Below are positions 46,609 through 60,334 of a stretch of 64,000 nucleotides of DNA, piece after piece (the stretch's first letter is position 1; each line of letters begins with the position of its first letter). The DNA is taken from assembly GCA_950097015.1 (NCBI GenBank), contig CATNEN010000037.1, positions 3,720,001 to 3,784,000 of the forward strand, written 5' to 3'. Source of the stretch: Macrostomum hystrix. Taxonomy: Eukaryota; Animalia; Platyhelminthes. Made by a program: the position numbers and the translations under genes. The notes below the pieces were generated by a model. The model searched no databases and had not been told where the DNA came from. It saw only the letters and a program-made list of their open reading frames with translations.

Positions 46609-49600
46609 ATGGCAGCCAAGGGTTCGAATCTGGTGTTCTACGTCAACCAGAAGAAGGTTAGAAATGTATTGCTTATAAGAACTCATCTTATAGTCCACGT
46701 GCTTCAACTGACAATTGCCACCTGTCACTTTTGACTAACACAATAGTACCTGTGTCTAACACAATAGTACCTGTGTCTAACACAAGAGTACCTGTGTCTA
46801 ACACAATAGTACCTGTGTCTAACACAATAGTACCTGTGTCTAACACAAAAGTACCTCTGTCTAACACAAGAGTACCTGTGTCTAACACAAGAGTACCTGT
46901 GTCTAAAACAAGAGCACCTGTGTCTAACATACTAGTACCTCTGTCTAACACAAGACTACCTCTGTCTAACACAAGAGTACCTGTGTCTAACACAAGAGTA
47001 CCTATGTCTTAAGGACCACTGCACCAAACATGTCAAATCATTACTTGCCCTGGAGATATGACGTATCATTCTCTAGATCTTCACCTCGCTAATGCACAGT
47101 CATCCATATCTGTATCTAATGTCTCTTGTCCTATCGCTTACTGGTTTCTTTCATTTAATAAAAATTTTACCTTCCAGATAGTGGAACCCAATCCAGACCC
47201 AGAGGAGACTCTAATCAGCTACCTGCGAAGAAAGCGTATCCTTTTAAACAAATTTAAACAAAATATTCTTAATTATGTTACTTGTCACAGTTGTTCTTTA
47301 GGTTTTAATTTTTACTTTATTAACTGCTTACTCATAGTAGTAAGGTAAGAATTCGCTCAGGCCGCCAAAACTCCTTAACTCATTGCAAATCGCTGTGAAA
47401 ACAATGTTGGCTAACTGTTTAATCAGTACTGCTGACTGGTACCAAGCTGGCCTGCGGTGAGGGCGGCTGCGGCGCTTGTACCGTCATGATCTCGCGCTAC
47501 CAGAAAGGATCCAAGCCGCCGATTAGAAACCTGGCCGTCAATGCCTGCCTCGCTCCAGTCTGCTCCGTTCACGGCATGGCCGTCACCACCGTTGAGGGCA
47601 TTGGCGGGGGCGCGGGCGCACTGCATCCTGTACAGGTGGGGCTGGGCACTGCATGGGAAGGGTGTAGAGCTTCAGGATGTGGGTGTGGCTTCAGGATGTG
47701 GGTGTGGCTTCAGGATGTGGGTGTGGCTTCAGGATGTGGGTGTGGCTTTAAGATGTGGGTGTGGCTTCAGGATGTGGGTGTGGCTTCAGGATGTGGGTGT
47801 GGCTTTAGGAAGAGGGTGTGGCTTCAGGATGTGGGTGTGGCTTCAGGATGTGGGTGTGGCTTTAAGATGTGGGTGTGGCTTCAGGATGTGGGTGTGGCTT
47901 TAAGATGTGGGTGTGGCTTTAGGAAGAGGGTGTGGCTTCAGGATGTGGGTGTGGCTTCAGGATGTGGGTGTGGCTTCAGGATGTGGGTGTGGCTTTAAGA
48001 TGTGGGTGTGGCTTCAGGATGTGGGTGTGGCTTCAGGATGTGGGTGTGGCTTCAGGATGTGGGTGTGGCTTTAAGATGTGGGTGTGGCTTCAGGATGTGG
48101 GTGTGGCTTCAGGGTGTGGGTGTGGCTTTAAGATGTGGGTGTGGCTTCAGGATGTGGGTGTGGCTTTAAGATGTGGGTGTGGCTTTAGGAAGAGGGTGTG
48201 GCTTCAGGATTTGGGTGTGGCTTCAGGAAGAGGGTGTGGCTTCAGGAAGAGGGTGTAGCATCAAAAAGAGCTAATGGAAATGAGGATTTTAGGATTCTCA
48301 CCCAACGCCGCAAACCTCAGGAGCGGCTGGCAGCCTGTCACGGCTCCCAGTGCGGCTTCTGCAGCCCGGGCATGGTGATGACCGCGTACGCCTTGTTGCG
48401 CAACCACTCTGAGCCGACTGAGCGCCAAATTGATGCTGCTCTGCAAGGCAATCTCTGCCGCTGCACCGGCTACCGGCCCATCCTGCAGGGCTTCAGGACC
48501 TTCGCTGTGAGTGGCCGCGCCTCTTGTATCCCCTAAATCTACAGTCCTATCCCTGCATATCCTGTCCCATCCCTGCATCTCCTGTCCTATCCCTGCATCT
48601 CCTGTCCCATCCCTGCATCTCCTGTCATATCCCTGCATCTCCTGTCCTATCCCTGCATCTCCTGTCCCATCCCTGCATCTTCGGTCCCATCCCTTCATCT
48701 CCTGTCCTATCCCTGCATCTCCGGTCCCATCCCTGCATCACCTGTCCCATCCCTGCCTCTTCGGTCCCATCCCTGCATCTCCTGTCCTATCCCTGCATTT
48801 CCCTTGTCCCATCCCTGCATCTCCTGTCCCATCTCTGCCTCTTCGGTCCCATCCCTGCATCTCCAGTCCTATCCCTGCCTCTTCGGTCCCATCCCTGCAT
48901 CTCCTGTCCTATCCCTGCATTTCCCTTGTCCCATCCCTGCTTCTCCTGTCCCATCTCTGCCTCTTCGGTCCCATCCCTGCATCTCCAGTCCTATCCCTGC
49001 CTCTTCGGTCCCATCCCTGCATCTCCAGTCCTATCCCTGCATCTCCTGTCCCGCTCATTATAGTCGGGCTGTTGTGGCCGCGGCAAGAACTGCTGCAGGC
49101 AGTCTGGGCAGCAGCTTTCTGTCAACGAAGCCGACGGGCTGTCGACTGAGCTGACGGAGACTTCTGAATTTCTGCCCTACGAGCCCGGACAAGAGCCAAT
49201 CTTTCCTAGCGAGCTGCAGGTGAGTAAACTTATGGCACAACTGTCTAGCACATTATCCACCTGTGAAACACAATTTATACACATGTCTAGCACATTATCC
49301 ACAAGTCTAGCACATTATCCACTAGCCTAATACATAGTCCACCCATGTAACAAATAATTCACCCCTCTAAAATATTATTCACCTGTCTAACACATTATCC
49401 ACCTGTCTAACACATTATCTACCTGTCTAACACAGTATCTACCTGTCTAACACAGTATCTACTTGTCTAACACATTATCTACCTGTCTAACACAGTATCT
49501 ACCTGTCTAACACAGTATCTACTTGTCTAACACATTATCCACCTGTCTAACACATTATCCACCTGTCTAACACATTATCCACCTGTCTAACACATTATCT

Positions 49601-52600
49601 ACCTGTCTAACACATTATCTACCTGTCTAACCCATTATCTACCTGTCTAACACATTATCTACCTGTATAACACAGTATCTACCTGTCTAACACATTATCC
49701 ACCTGTCCAGCACATTATCCACCTGTCTAACACATTATCCACCTGTCTAACACATTATCTACCTGTCTAACACATTATCTACTTGTCTAACACATTATCT
49801 ACCTGTCTAACACATTATCTACCTGTCTAACACATTATCTACCTGTCTAACACATTATCTACCTGTATAACACAGTATCTACCTGTCTAACACATTATCC
49901 ACCTGTCCAGCACATTATCTACCTGTCTAACACATTATCTACCTGTCTAACACATTATCTACCTGTCTAACACATTATCTACCTGTATAACATAGTATCT
50001 ACCTGTCTAACACATTATCTACCTGTCTAACACATTATCTACCTGTCTAACACATTATCTACCTGTCTAACACATTATCTACCTGTCTAACACATTATCT
50101 ACCTGTCTAACACATTATCTACTTGTCTAACACATTATCTACCTGTCTAACACATTATCTACATGTCTAACACATTATCTACCTGTCTAACACATTATCT
50201 ACCTGTCTAACACATTATCTACCTGTCTAACACATTATCTACCTGTCTAACACATTATCTACCTGTCTAACATATTGTCCGCCTGCTTAACACATTATCC
50301 ACTTATCTTGTGTATAATATACACATTATCCACTTATCTTCTTCCACCTTTCAACCCACCTGTTTCCAACATATTCACCTGCTTAAGACATTATTCACCT
50401 GATTATAGCATTTTACCTGTTTGAAATCCTGCAAAAAATTTTCAGTTGGACGCCGAGAAGTTTGACTCGGAGTCGCTGATCTTCCAGTCGGCCTACGCGA
50501 CTTGGCACCGGCCAACCAGCCTTCAGGCGCTGCTGCAACTGAAGCGGGACCATCCGGACGCTAAGATCATTAATGGCAATACGGAAGTGGGTCAGTTACT
50601 TCTTCTTACAACATATATTGCAGCATCTAAAGTCAAGGACTAAAGAAAGGTAGCGTCAAGCTGAAGTAACTGATTAAAGGAACTGGTTATCCATTAAAAT
50701 AACGGATTAAAGTAACTAATTATCCATAGAAGTAACTAATTAAAGGAAATAACGAATTAAAAGAAGGTTTGACACGATGAAGCAACGGAGTAAAGAACGG
50801 AGTAGTGACCCATATAAGTAACGGACTGTGTTAAAAACGGTGACCCAAATAAGTAACGGACTGTGTTTAAAATGGTGACCCAGAGAAGTAACGGACCAAA
50901 AATGATTTGTGAATTACTAGAAGTGACGGACCAAAATTCGTTACCCACAGAAGTAACGAATTGAAGTAACGAAAACAAAGTATTTACACGTTTAAATAAT
51001 AGGTCTTTGATGATTGTTTGATGTCTCTTTATCAAGTTAAATAATCTTTTTTCAGGCGTTGAAGTGAAGTCCAAGAAGACCACCTACGCCACTTTAATCT
51101 ACGCCAGCCACGTGACAGAGCTTCATGAATTCTCCGTCGACGACGCTGGAGTTAGCATCGGGGCCGCGACCTCGCTGACTGCTCTGTCCGACCGCTTCAA
51201 GGAGCTGATTGACAACGCCAGTCTGGAAGAGCACAAGAAGAGGGGCCTGCGCGCCTACGTCGAGATGCTGCACTGGTTCTCCGGGCAGCAGATTCGAAAT
51301 GTGTCCGTGAGTAGAGCGGCCCCCGCGTCTGGGGCCTTCCGGGATTCCCCTTGATTCTAAAAATAGATCATTTAAGGATCTGGAAGTGATTCTGATCTAT
51401 AAAAAACCGGATCTATACTGAATGCTAACAGGCCATCGGTGGCAACATTATGACGGCCAGTCCCATATCGGATCTGAATCCTCTGCTCATGAGCTCCAAG
51501 GCTGTGCTCACCATTGCCTCGCTGAATGGTGAGCGATATTTGATTCATCTTACGAGTCATTCTGAATAATCAAAAACCCCAATATGGGGCTTGAAATGGC
51601 GGCAGGATTTGAGGAGCAGATGAAACTAGGAGCGGAAAAGAATGAAGGGCGGAATGAATAATTGGTAAAAAGAATAAAGACTCGGATTTAATGAGTGGCG
51701 GATTTGACGAGTGGCGGATTTAATGAGTGGCGGATTTGACGAGTGGCGGATTTAATGAGTGGCGGATTTGACGAGTGGCGGATTTAATGAGTGGCGGATT
51801 TGACGAGTGGCGGATTTAATGAGTGGCAGATTTGATGAGGGACGGATTTAATTAGGGAAGGATTTGATGAGGGGCGGATTTAATGAGTGGCGGATTTAAT
51901 GAGTGGCAGATTTGATGAGGGACGGATTTAATTAGGGAAGGATTTGATGAGGGGCGGATTTGATGAGGGGCGCATTTGATGTGGGGCGGATTTGACGAGG
52001 GGCGGATTTGATGAGGGGCGCATTTGATGTGGGGCAGATTTGATGAGGGGCGGATCTGATGAGGGGCGCATTTGATGTGGGGCGGATTTGACGAGGGGCG
52101 GATTTGATGAGGGGCGGATTTGATGAGGGGCGGATTTGATGAGTGGCGGATTTGATGAGGGACGGATTTAATTAGGGGCGGATTTGATGAGGGGCGGATT
52201 TGATGAGGGACGGATTTAATTAGGGGCGGATTTGATGAGGGGCGGATTTGACGAGTGGCGGATCTGATGAGGGGCGCATTTGATGTGGGGCAGATTTGAT
52301 GAGGGGCGGATCTGATGAGGGGCGCATTTGATGTGGGGCGGATTTGACGAGGGGCGGATTTGATGAGGGGCGGATTTGATGAGGGGCGGATTTGATGAGT
52401 GGCGGATTTGATGAGGGACGGATTTTATTAGGGGCGGATTTGATAAGGGGCGGATTTGATGAGGGACGGATTTAATTAGGGGCGGATTTGATGAGGGGCG
52501 GATTTGATGAGGGACAGATTTAATGAGGGGCGGATTTGATGAGGGGCGGATCTGATGAGGGGCGCATTTGATGTGGGGCGGATTTAATGAGGGGCGGATT

Positions 52601-55600
52601 TGATGAGGGGCGGATTTGATGAGGGGCGGATTTGATGAGGGGCGCATTTGATGAGGGGTGGATTTGATGTGGGGCGGATTTGATGAGCGGCGGATTTGAC
52701 GAGTGGTGGATTTGATGAGTGGCGGATTTGATGAGGGGCGGATTTGATGAGGTGCGGATTTGACGAGTGGCGGATTTGATGAGGGGCGGATTTGATGAGG
52801 GGTGGATTTGATTAGGGGGCGGATTTGATGAGGGGCGGATTTGATGAGGGGCGGATTTGATGAGGGGCGGATTTGATGAGGGGCGGATTTGATGAGGGAC
52901 GGATTTGATGAGGGGCGGATTTGATGAGGGACGGATTTGATGAGGTGCGGATTTGATGAGGGGCGGATTTGATGAGGGGCGGATTTGATGAGGGGCGGAT
53001 TTGATGAGGGGCGGATTTGATGAGGGGTGGATTTGATGAGGGACGGATTTGATGAGGGGCGGATTTGATGAGGGACGGATTTGATGAGGTGCGGATTTGA
53101 TGAGGGGCGGATTTGATGAGGGGCGGATTTGATGAGGGGCGGATTTGATGAGGGGCGGATTTGATGAGGGGTGGATTTGATGAGGGGTGGATTTGATGAG
53201 GGACGGATTTGATGAGGGGCGGATTTGATGAGGGGTGGATTTGATGAGGGACGGATTTGATGAGGGGCGGATTTGATGAGGGACGGATTTGATGAGGTGC
53301 GGATTTGATGAGGGGCGGATTTGATGAGGGGCGGATTTGATGAGGGGCGAAAGAAATCGCTGTGGCTGCCACAAGCACAGACGCTGCCTCCTCGCACTGG
53401 AAGGTGGCAGCCGGGCGGTTGTCATGGACGCCAGCTTCTTCACCGGCTACCGCCGCACGTCGGCCAGGCCTGACGAGGTGCTGGTGTCAGTCCGGCTGCC
53501 GTTCTGCGGGCCGCGCGAATTCCAATTCGGATTCAAGCAGGCCCGCAGGCGAGAGGACGACATCGCCATTGTTAACGCCGGCATGCTTGTGCGCTTCGCC
53601 GACAACACCGACGATCTGGTCGACTCGGCGGTCATCTGCTACGGTGGCTTGGCGCCTGTGACTCGCACGGCGTCGGGCGCTGCCGAGGCGCTGATTGGCC
53701 GGCGGTGGTCGGAGGGGCGCCGACTGATCGAGGCGGTGGCGGCAAGGCTCGATGCCGAGTTTCCACTGGCGGCAAATACGCCCGGCGGGCAGGTGAGGAT
53801 GGGGAAGCCGGAAGAAACATACTCCAAAAGTAACGCAACATTTCAAAAAGTAACGAATGCGTTTTTAAAGTAACGACCTTTTTTCAAAGTAATGACCTGT
53901 TTTTAAAGTAACAAACTAGTATCTAAAAATTAACTATTTCTAGAAGTAACAAACATTTATGTATGTAACGAAGTTTTTTGCAAAGTAGCGTGCCTAAAAG
54001 TAACAAACAAAATAAAAAAATTTATGTTTGCTAAAAAGTTTCGTCTTAGCAAGAAGGGTAACGTCTTGTCAATATTTTATGTTGAGAAATAATCTAGAAA
54101 GTAACGAAAAAAACAAACTACTGAAAACTTCAGAAAGAAACGAAACAAATTTCGAAATTATGTTAACGATCTTAAAGTAGCGGATATGTTTGCATGTGGC
54201 TAAAAAGTTAATCTATCTGAACCGTTACCTAATTAATAAAAATATTTTATTGAGGTAATTTATAGAGGGAATATGACTGGAAATACAGAATTTCCCGATT
54301 AAAAATCTTCCATGCAGGCCCAGTACCGAAAGTCGCTGTGCGCCTCCTTCTTTGTCCGTTTCTTTCATCTGGTTGCCAATGAAATCAAAGTCGAGGCCGG
54401 CCTTCAAATTGACGGCGCCGAACGACTGCCGCTTCGCCTCAGCGCCGCCTCGCAGCTGTTCGAGCGAACTCCGCCCGGTCAGCTGAAGAAGGACCCGGTT
54501 GGAAGGCCGCTGCAGCACGCCAGTGGAAATAAGTGAGGCTGGCAATGCCCCATGGCTTTGGCATCTTGGTATCTGATGGTTGCTATGGTGGGGGGAGACT
54601 TGAGATCTTTGTTGTTGGGGAGTATTTTTTTGTTTTATTGCGGTGGGATTTAGAATTATATTTTTGGGTCAGATTTAGAACTATTTTTTGGGTGAGATTT
54701 TGAATTATATTTAAGTGAGATTTTAAATTATTTTTGGGTGAGATTTAGAATTTATATTTTTGGGTGAGATTTAGAACTATTTTTTGGGTGAGATTTTGAA
54801 TTATTTTTGGGTGAGATTTTAAATTATTTTTGGGTGAGATTTAGAATTATATTTTTGGGTGAGATTTAGAACTATTTTTTGGGTGAGATTTTGAATTATT
54901 TTTGGGTGAGATTTTGAATTATTTTTTGGGTGAGATTTTGAAATATTTTTGGGTGAGATTTTAAATTATTTTTGGGTGAGATTTTGAATTATTTTTGGGT
55001 GAGATTTTGAATTATATTTGGGTGAGATTTTAAATTATTTTTGGGTGAGATTTTGAAATATTTTTGGGTGAGATTTTGAATTATCTTTTGGGTGAGATTT
55101 TGAATTATTTTTTGAGTGAGATTTTGAATTATTTTTTGGGTGAGATTTTGAATTATTTTTGGGTGAGATTTTGAATTATTTTTTGGGTGAGATTTTGAAA
55201 TATTTTAGGGTGAGATTTTGAATTATATTTCGGTGAGTTTTCGTAATATTTTGGGCGAGATTTTGAATTATTTTTTGGGTGAGATTTTGAATTATTTTTT
55301 GGGTGAGATTTTGAATTATTTTAGGGTGAGATTTTGAATTTTATTTCGGTGAGTTTTCGTAATATTTTGGGCGAGATTTTGAATTATTTTTTGGGTGATA
55401 TTTTGAAATATTTTTGGGTGAGATTTTGAATTATATTTCGGTGAGTTTTCGTAATATTTTGGGTGAGATTTTGAATTATTCATTTGGTGAGATTTTGATT
55501 TATTTATCGGGGTAAAATTAACCATTTTTAGGGTGAGATTTAGAATTATTTTTTGCGTGAGATTTTAACGTTTCAGCGATAAGATTGATTATGATTTTCT

Positions 55601-58600
55601 TGCAATACGATTTTGAATGTTTCATTGCAGCGAGATTTTTATCTTTTCAAGAGAAGAGTGTAAACAAAAATTATGTCGGTCAGATTTTGAATGTTATGTT
55701 GAGGTGAGATGAGATTTTGAATGTTATGTTGAGGTGACATGAGATTTTTAATGTTATGTTGAGGTGAGATGAGATTTTGAACTTCTGAATGGGGTGCGGA
55801 AAGAGAGATTTTGATTTACTCGAGAAGGTCATCTGATTTTCTGGGAGTTGAATTTTGAACGAATGAATTTCACTCATTCTCATCCCAGACAAGCATCTGG
55901 CTCGGCTCAGTTTGTTGACGACATTCCTGCCTCAGTCGGTGAGCTCTTTGTCTACCCAGTGTTCAGTCGACACGCTTCAGCTCGCATCGTCAGCATCGAC
56001 GCCACCGCTGCCCTGGCGCTCGACCCGGGCGTCCTGGGAGTTCTGGATCGTCGGGACGTGCCCGGAAAAAACAGTTTCGGCTTGGATATTCAGGACGATC
56101 GGGTGTTCGCCGATGCCGAGGTTCGATTCCACGGCGAAACTGTGGCAGCCGTGGTGGCGGTGGATCGCGAACTGGCCAGGCGGGCCAGTCACCTGGTTCG
56201 AGTCGAGTACGCCGACATTCGCAAGCCGATCGTCACCATTAGCGACGCCATTCGTGAGGGCAGCTACTTCCCTGATCACCTGTGCCGCTGGCTGCAAATT
56301 GGCGATGCTGACAAGGCTTTGACGGAGCAGGCGGCCCACGTGGTGGAGGGTGAAGTCTGCACCGGTGGACAGGTGAGAGACGGGGTGGGTGCTGGATGGG
56401 GAGCTTGGAGAATGAGGTGGTGGGTGAAGAATTCTGGGTGAACAAAGTGGTCGTGTGTGAGGAATAGGTGGTTTGTGAAGAAAATGGGTGGTGGGTGAAG
56501 AGCAAAAGGATTTGAAATCAATCACTGCTCGCTGTCTCCTCTTCTCGATCTAGGAGCACTTCTACTTTGAGCCGCAAAGCTGCCTTGTCGTACCCAAAGA
56601 TGATGGCGAGTTTGAGGTCCTGAGCAGTACTCAGAACCCGACATTCACCCAGACCTGCATCGCGGATGTGATCGGGGTGCCGCGCAATCGAGTTGTGACC
56701 CGAGTCAAACGCCTCGGCGGCGGCTTCGGCGGCAAGGAGTACCGCTCGCTGTCCACCGCCACTCTGGCCGCCGTGGCTGCCCGCAAGTTTGGTCGGCCAG
56801 CCCGCTGCGTGTTGGACAGGGCTGACGACATGATGACCACCGGAACCCGACACCCCGCCATGATGCGGTGAGACCTGGCGGGAGAGAAATGGAGTTGGGA
56901 GAGAAAGAGAGATGGGGGAGAAAGAGAGATCGGAGAGAAAGAGAGATGGGAGAGAAAGAGAGATGGGGTAGAAAGAGAGTTGGGAGAGAAAGAGAGATGG
57001 GGGAGAAAGAGAGATGGGGTAGAAAGAGAGATAGGGGGAGAAGGAGGGATGGGAGATGGGAGAGATGTGAGAAATGTTAGATGGGACAGAGAAATGGAGA
57101 TGGGAGAGGACGAGAGACAGGAGGGAGGGTAAGGCTGAGAACGGAGTTGGGAAGTATCGAGAAGTGAGGAAGCGATAAGTCCAATCATTCGCCGATCTTG
57201 CCATCCACTCTCAGCTATCGCGCCGGCGTTGACAAGGACGGTCGGCTGGTCGGCCTGAAGGTGGACGCCTATTTAAACGCCGGCTACTCCGCCGACATCT
57301 CCTCGACGGTGTGCGAGTACATTGTCCTCCGCATGTCCAACACTTACCGGCTGACCAATGCGGACATTCGCTGCCGCCTGTGCAAGACTAACACTCCGTC
57401 TAACACGGCCTTCCGCGGCTTCGGCGCGCCGCAGTCGATGATCGGCATCGAGACGGTCATGTCCCGACTGGCAGTCGCTGCCGGCCTCTCTGATCGGGCC
57501 ATTCGAGAGCTGAACTTTGTGCAGAACGGGGACATCAGCCCGTACGGCCAGGAGTACGAGGATGTGACGCTGCACAGCTGCTGGACCGAGTGCCTGCAGC
57601 TGGCGGATTACGATCGGCGCAAAGCTGAGATTGACGAGTTCAACGCCAAGCAGAGCTACAGGAAGCGGGGCCTGCACATCACGCCGCTGTGCTACGGCGT
57701 CGGCTTCGGCCGCAGCTTCCTGCACCAGGCCGGGGCTCTGGTCTGCGTCTATCTGGATGGCTCAGTGCTCATTACTCACGCAGGAGTGGAGATGGGCCAG
57801 GGACTGCACACCAAACTGCTGCAGGTGGGCTCCCAGAATCCCCATTTACAGACTTTCACAATAGATAATCCGAATTCAACAAATCCATGCACAAAACTCA
57901 ATGCAAAAATCGTACTGAGTTTGACAATCAAAGTTCCAATGTAAAAATCACAATTTTCTAAATACCTACTTACGAGTACAAAACCCGCGGTAATTGGACA
58001 TCCCAATTTCATTAAAATCCCGAAGAACTTAATATAGACCCGATTTTAAGAAAAACCAAAAAATCCGAATTGGTTAAATCCAAATGAATACCAATATTGC
58101 GATTTTTTAGAGCTTCTAACTCTTATCAATGTTCTTAAAAGTACATATACAATCGTACAATAGTACATTAGTACAATTATATTTTTCATCGAATACAAAA
58201 TCTTCGTCAATAACATTTGCACGATTACAACTATTAAATTTATGAGATTTTCACAGTTTTCACAATGTACTTAAATCCAAATTAAAAATGACAATTTATT
58301 TGAAATCCCAAATTTAAGAAACCCCAATTTAATGAAATCCCAATTTAATGTAATCCCAATGTAATGAAATCCCAATTTAATAAAATCCCAATTTTATGAA
58401 ATCCCAATTCAATGAAATCCCAATTTAATGAAATCACAATGTAATGAAATCCCAATTTAATGAGATCCTAATTTAGTGGAATTCCAATTTAATTAAATAC
58501 CAATTTAATTAAATCCCAATTTAATTAAATCGCAATTTAATGAAATCCCAATTTAATGAAATCCCAATTCAATGAAATCCCAATGTAATGAAATCCCAAT

Positions 58601-60304
58601 TTAATTAAATCCCAATTTAATGAAATCCCAATTTAATGAAATCCCAATTTGATGAAATCCCAATTTAATGAAATCCCAATTTTTTGAAATCCCAATTTCA
58701 TGAAACCCTAATTTAATGAGATCCTAATTTAGTGGAATTCCAATTTAATGAAATCCCAATTTTTTGAAGTTCTAATTTATTGAAATCCCAATTTAATGAA
58801 ATCCCAATGTAATGAAACCCCAATTTAATGAAATCCTAATTTAGTGGAATTCTAATTTAATGAAATCCCAATTTATTGAAGTCCTAATTTATTGAAATCC
58901 CAATTTAATGAAATCCCAATTTAATGAAATCCCAATGTAATGAAATCCCAATTTAATTAAATCCCAATTTAATTAAATCCCAATTTAATGAAATCCCAAT
59001 TTAATGAAATCCCAATTTATTGAAATCCCAATTTAATGAAATTCCAATTTTTTGAAATCCCAATTTCATGAAACCCCAATTTAATGAGATCCTAATTTAG
59101 TGGAATTCCAATTTAATGAAATCCCAATTTTTTGAAGTTCTAATTTATTGAAATCCCAATTTAATGAAATCCCAATTTCATGAAACCCCAATTTAATGAA
59201 ATCCTAATTTAGTGGAATTCTAATTTAATGAAATCCCAATTTATTGAAGTCCTAATTTATTGAAATCCCAATTTAATGAAATCCCAATTTAATGAAATCC
59301 TAAGTTCATGAAACCCCAATTTACAAAATCCAAATTTCCTAAAAAAGTTTAAATATCCTAATTGATAAAATCTAAATTTAAGAAATCCTGATTTGCTAAT
59401 CCCACCTCAATATAAATATCACTTCAAAATCCCTTATCGCCAAATTTTCCAAAATAAAAACGAATGACGACTCGGCGCTCCCATTCTGCAGGTGGCCTCT
59501 CGGGCGCTTGACCTGCCCATTGATCGGCTCTACATCTCAGAGACGGCCACCGACAAGGTGCCAAACACCTCATCAACCGCCGCCTCCATGACAACCGACC
59601 TGAACGCGCCAGCCGTCATGGACGCCTGCCAGCAGATCCGAAACCGCCTGCTGCCGTACATGCACGAGGACCCGAAGTCAGGCTGGGAGTCCTGGGTCAA
59701 CGCGGCGTACATGGACGGAGTGAGCTTGTCGGCCACCGGGTTCTACCACGGCCCCGAGTGCTACATTGACTCGACCACCGTGCAGGGCCGGCCGTTCAAT
59801 TATTTCACGTTCGGCGCCGCCTGCAGCGAAGTTGAAATCGACCTCCTCACTGGTGATCACGTGACTCGCCAATCCGATGTTGTCATGGATTTAGGCGCCA
59901 GTTTAAATCCTGCGGTGGACATTGGCCAAATTGAGGGCTCCTTCGTGCAGGGCATGGGATTGTACACGCTGGAGGAGCAGAGATTCTCGCCAGCCGGCGA
60001 GCTGCTCACCAAGGGACCCGGCGCCTACAAGATCCCCGGCTTCGGCGACATACCGGAGCGCTTCAACGTCCAGCTGCTCCGCGGCAGTCTGTGCCGCTTC
60101 CCGCGCGCGGTCTATTCCTCCAAAGGCATCGGGGAGCCGCCAATCTGCCTGGCCGCCTCCGTCTTCATGGCCATCAGGGACGCGGTGGCCGCGGCCAGGC
60201 GGCAGCACCGAGGAGATGATGCCGTTGACACCCGTTTCCGATTTGATGCGCCGGCTACCAGCGAAAGGATCCGGCTGGGCTGCGAGGATGACATTGTCGT
60301 CAGG
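46609..60304 (+). CDS. XDH: Xanthine dehydrogenase/oxidase; terminal exon unresolved
   Basis: Exons 46609-46656, 47178-47235, 47427-47635, 48321-48506, 49064-49219, 50446-50590, 51056-51306, 51432-51528, 53404-53792, 54318-54532, 55889-56372, 56554-56867, 57215-57824, 59492-60304 (about 1325 aa). 2Fe-2S motifs CGEGGCGAC and QCGFC...CRCTGY; FFTGYR; GGGFGGKE; NTAFRGFG; SKGIGEPP. The Glu and Arg substrate residues favour XDH over aldehyde oxidase. Confidence 0.95.
46733..47010. repeat. 21-bp minisatellite (CTAACACAATAGTACCTGTGT), XDH intron 1
   Basis: About 13 units. Confidence 0.93.
47665..48255. repeat. 19-bp minisatellite (GGATGTGGGTGTGGCTTCA), XDH intron 3
   Basis: About 30 units. Confidence 0.95.
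48535..49052. repeat. 20-bp minisatellite (CCTGTCCCATCCCTGCATCT), XDH intron 4
   Basis: About 25 units. Confidence 0.95.
49245..50340. repeat. 20-bp minisatellite (ACCTGTCTAACACATTATCT), XDH intron 5
   Basis: About 50 units. Confidence 0.96.
51680..53348. repeat. 16-bp minisatellite (GGATTTGATGAGGGGC), XDH intron 8
   Basis: About 100 units. Confidence 0.97.
54635..55780. repeat. About 24-bp minisatellite (GGGTGAGATTTTGAATTATTTTT) plus a 30-bp sub-array, XDH intron 10
   Basis: Tandem units 54635-55565; three 30-bp units about 55682-55780 sharing GAGATTTTGAAT. Confidence 0.93.
56880..57075. repeat. 16-17-bp purine-rich repeat (GGGAGAAAGAGAGATG), XDH intron 12
   Basis: About 10 units. Confidence 0.85.
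58300..59335. repeat. 16-bp minisatellite (AATCCCAATTTAATGA), XDH intron 13
   Basis: About 60 units. Confidence 0.95.
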
Positions 60305-60334
60305 GTGGGTGCAGGGCTGCCAGGAGTGATGGCT

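Noticed and set aside
46733-59335. Avoidance of AG dinucleotides in intronic repeat units
   Set aside because: True for some arrays, but the units in XDH introns 1, 3, 8, 10 and 12 and in the M6PR intron contain AG on the sense strand
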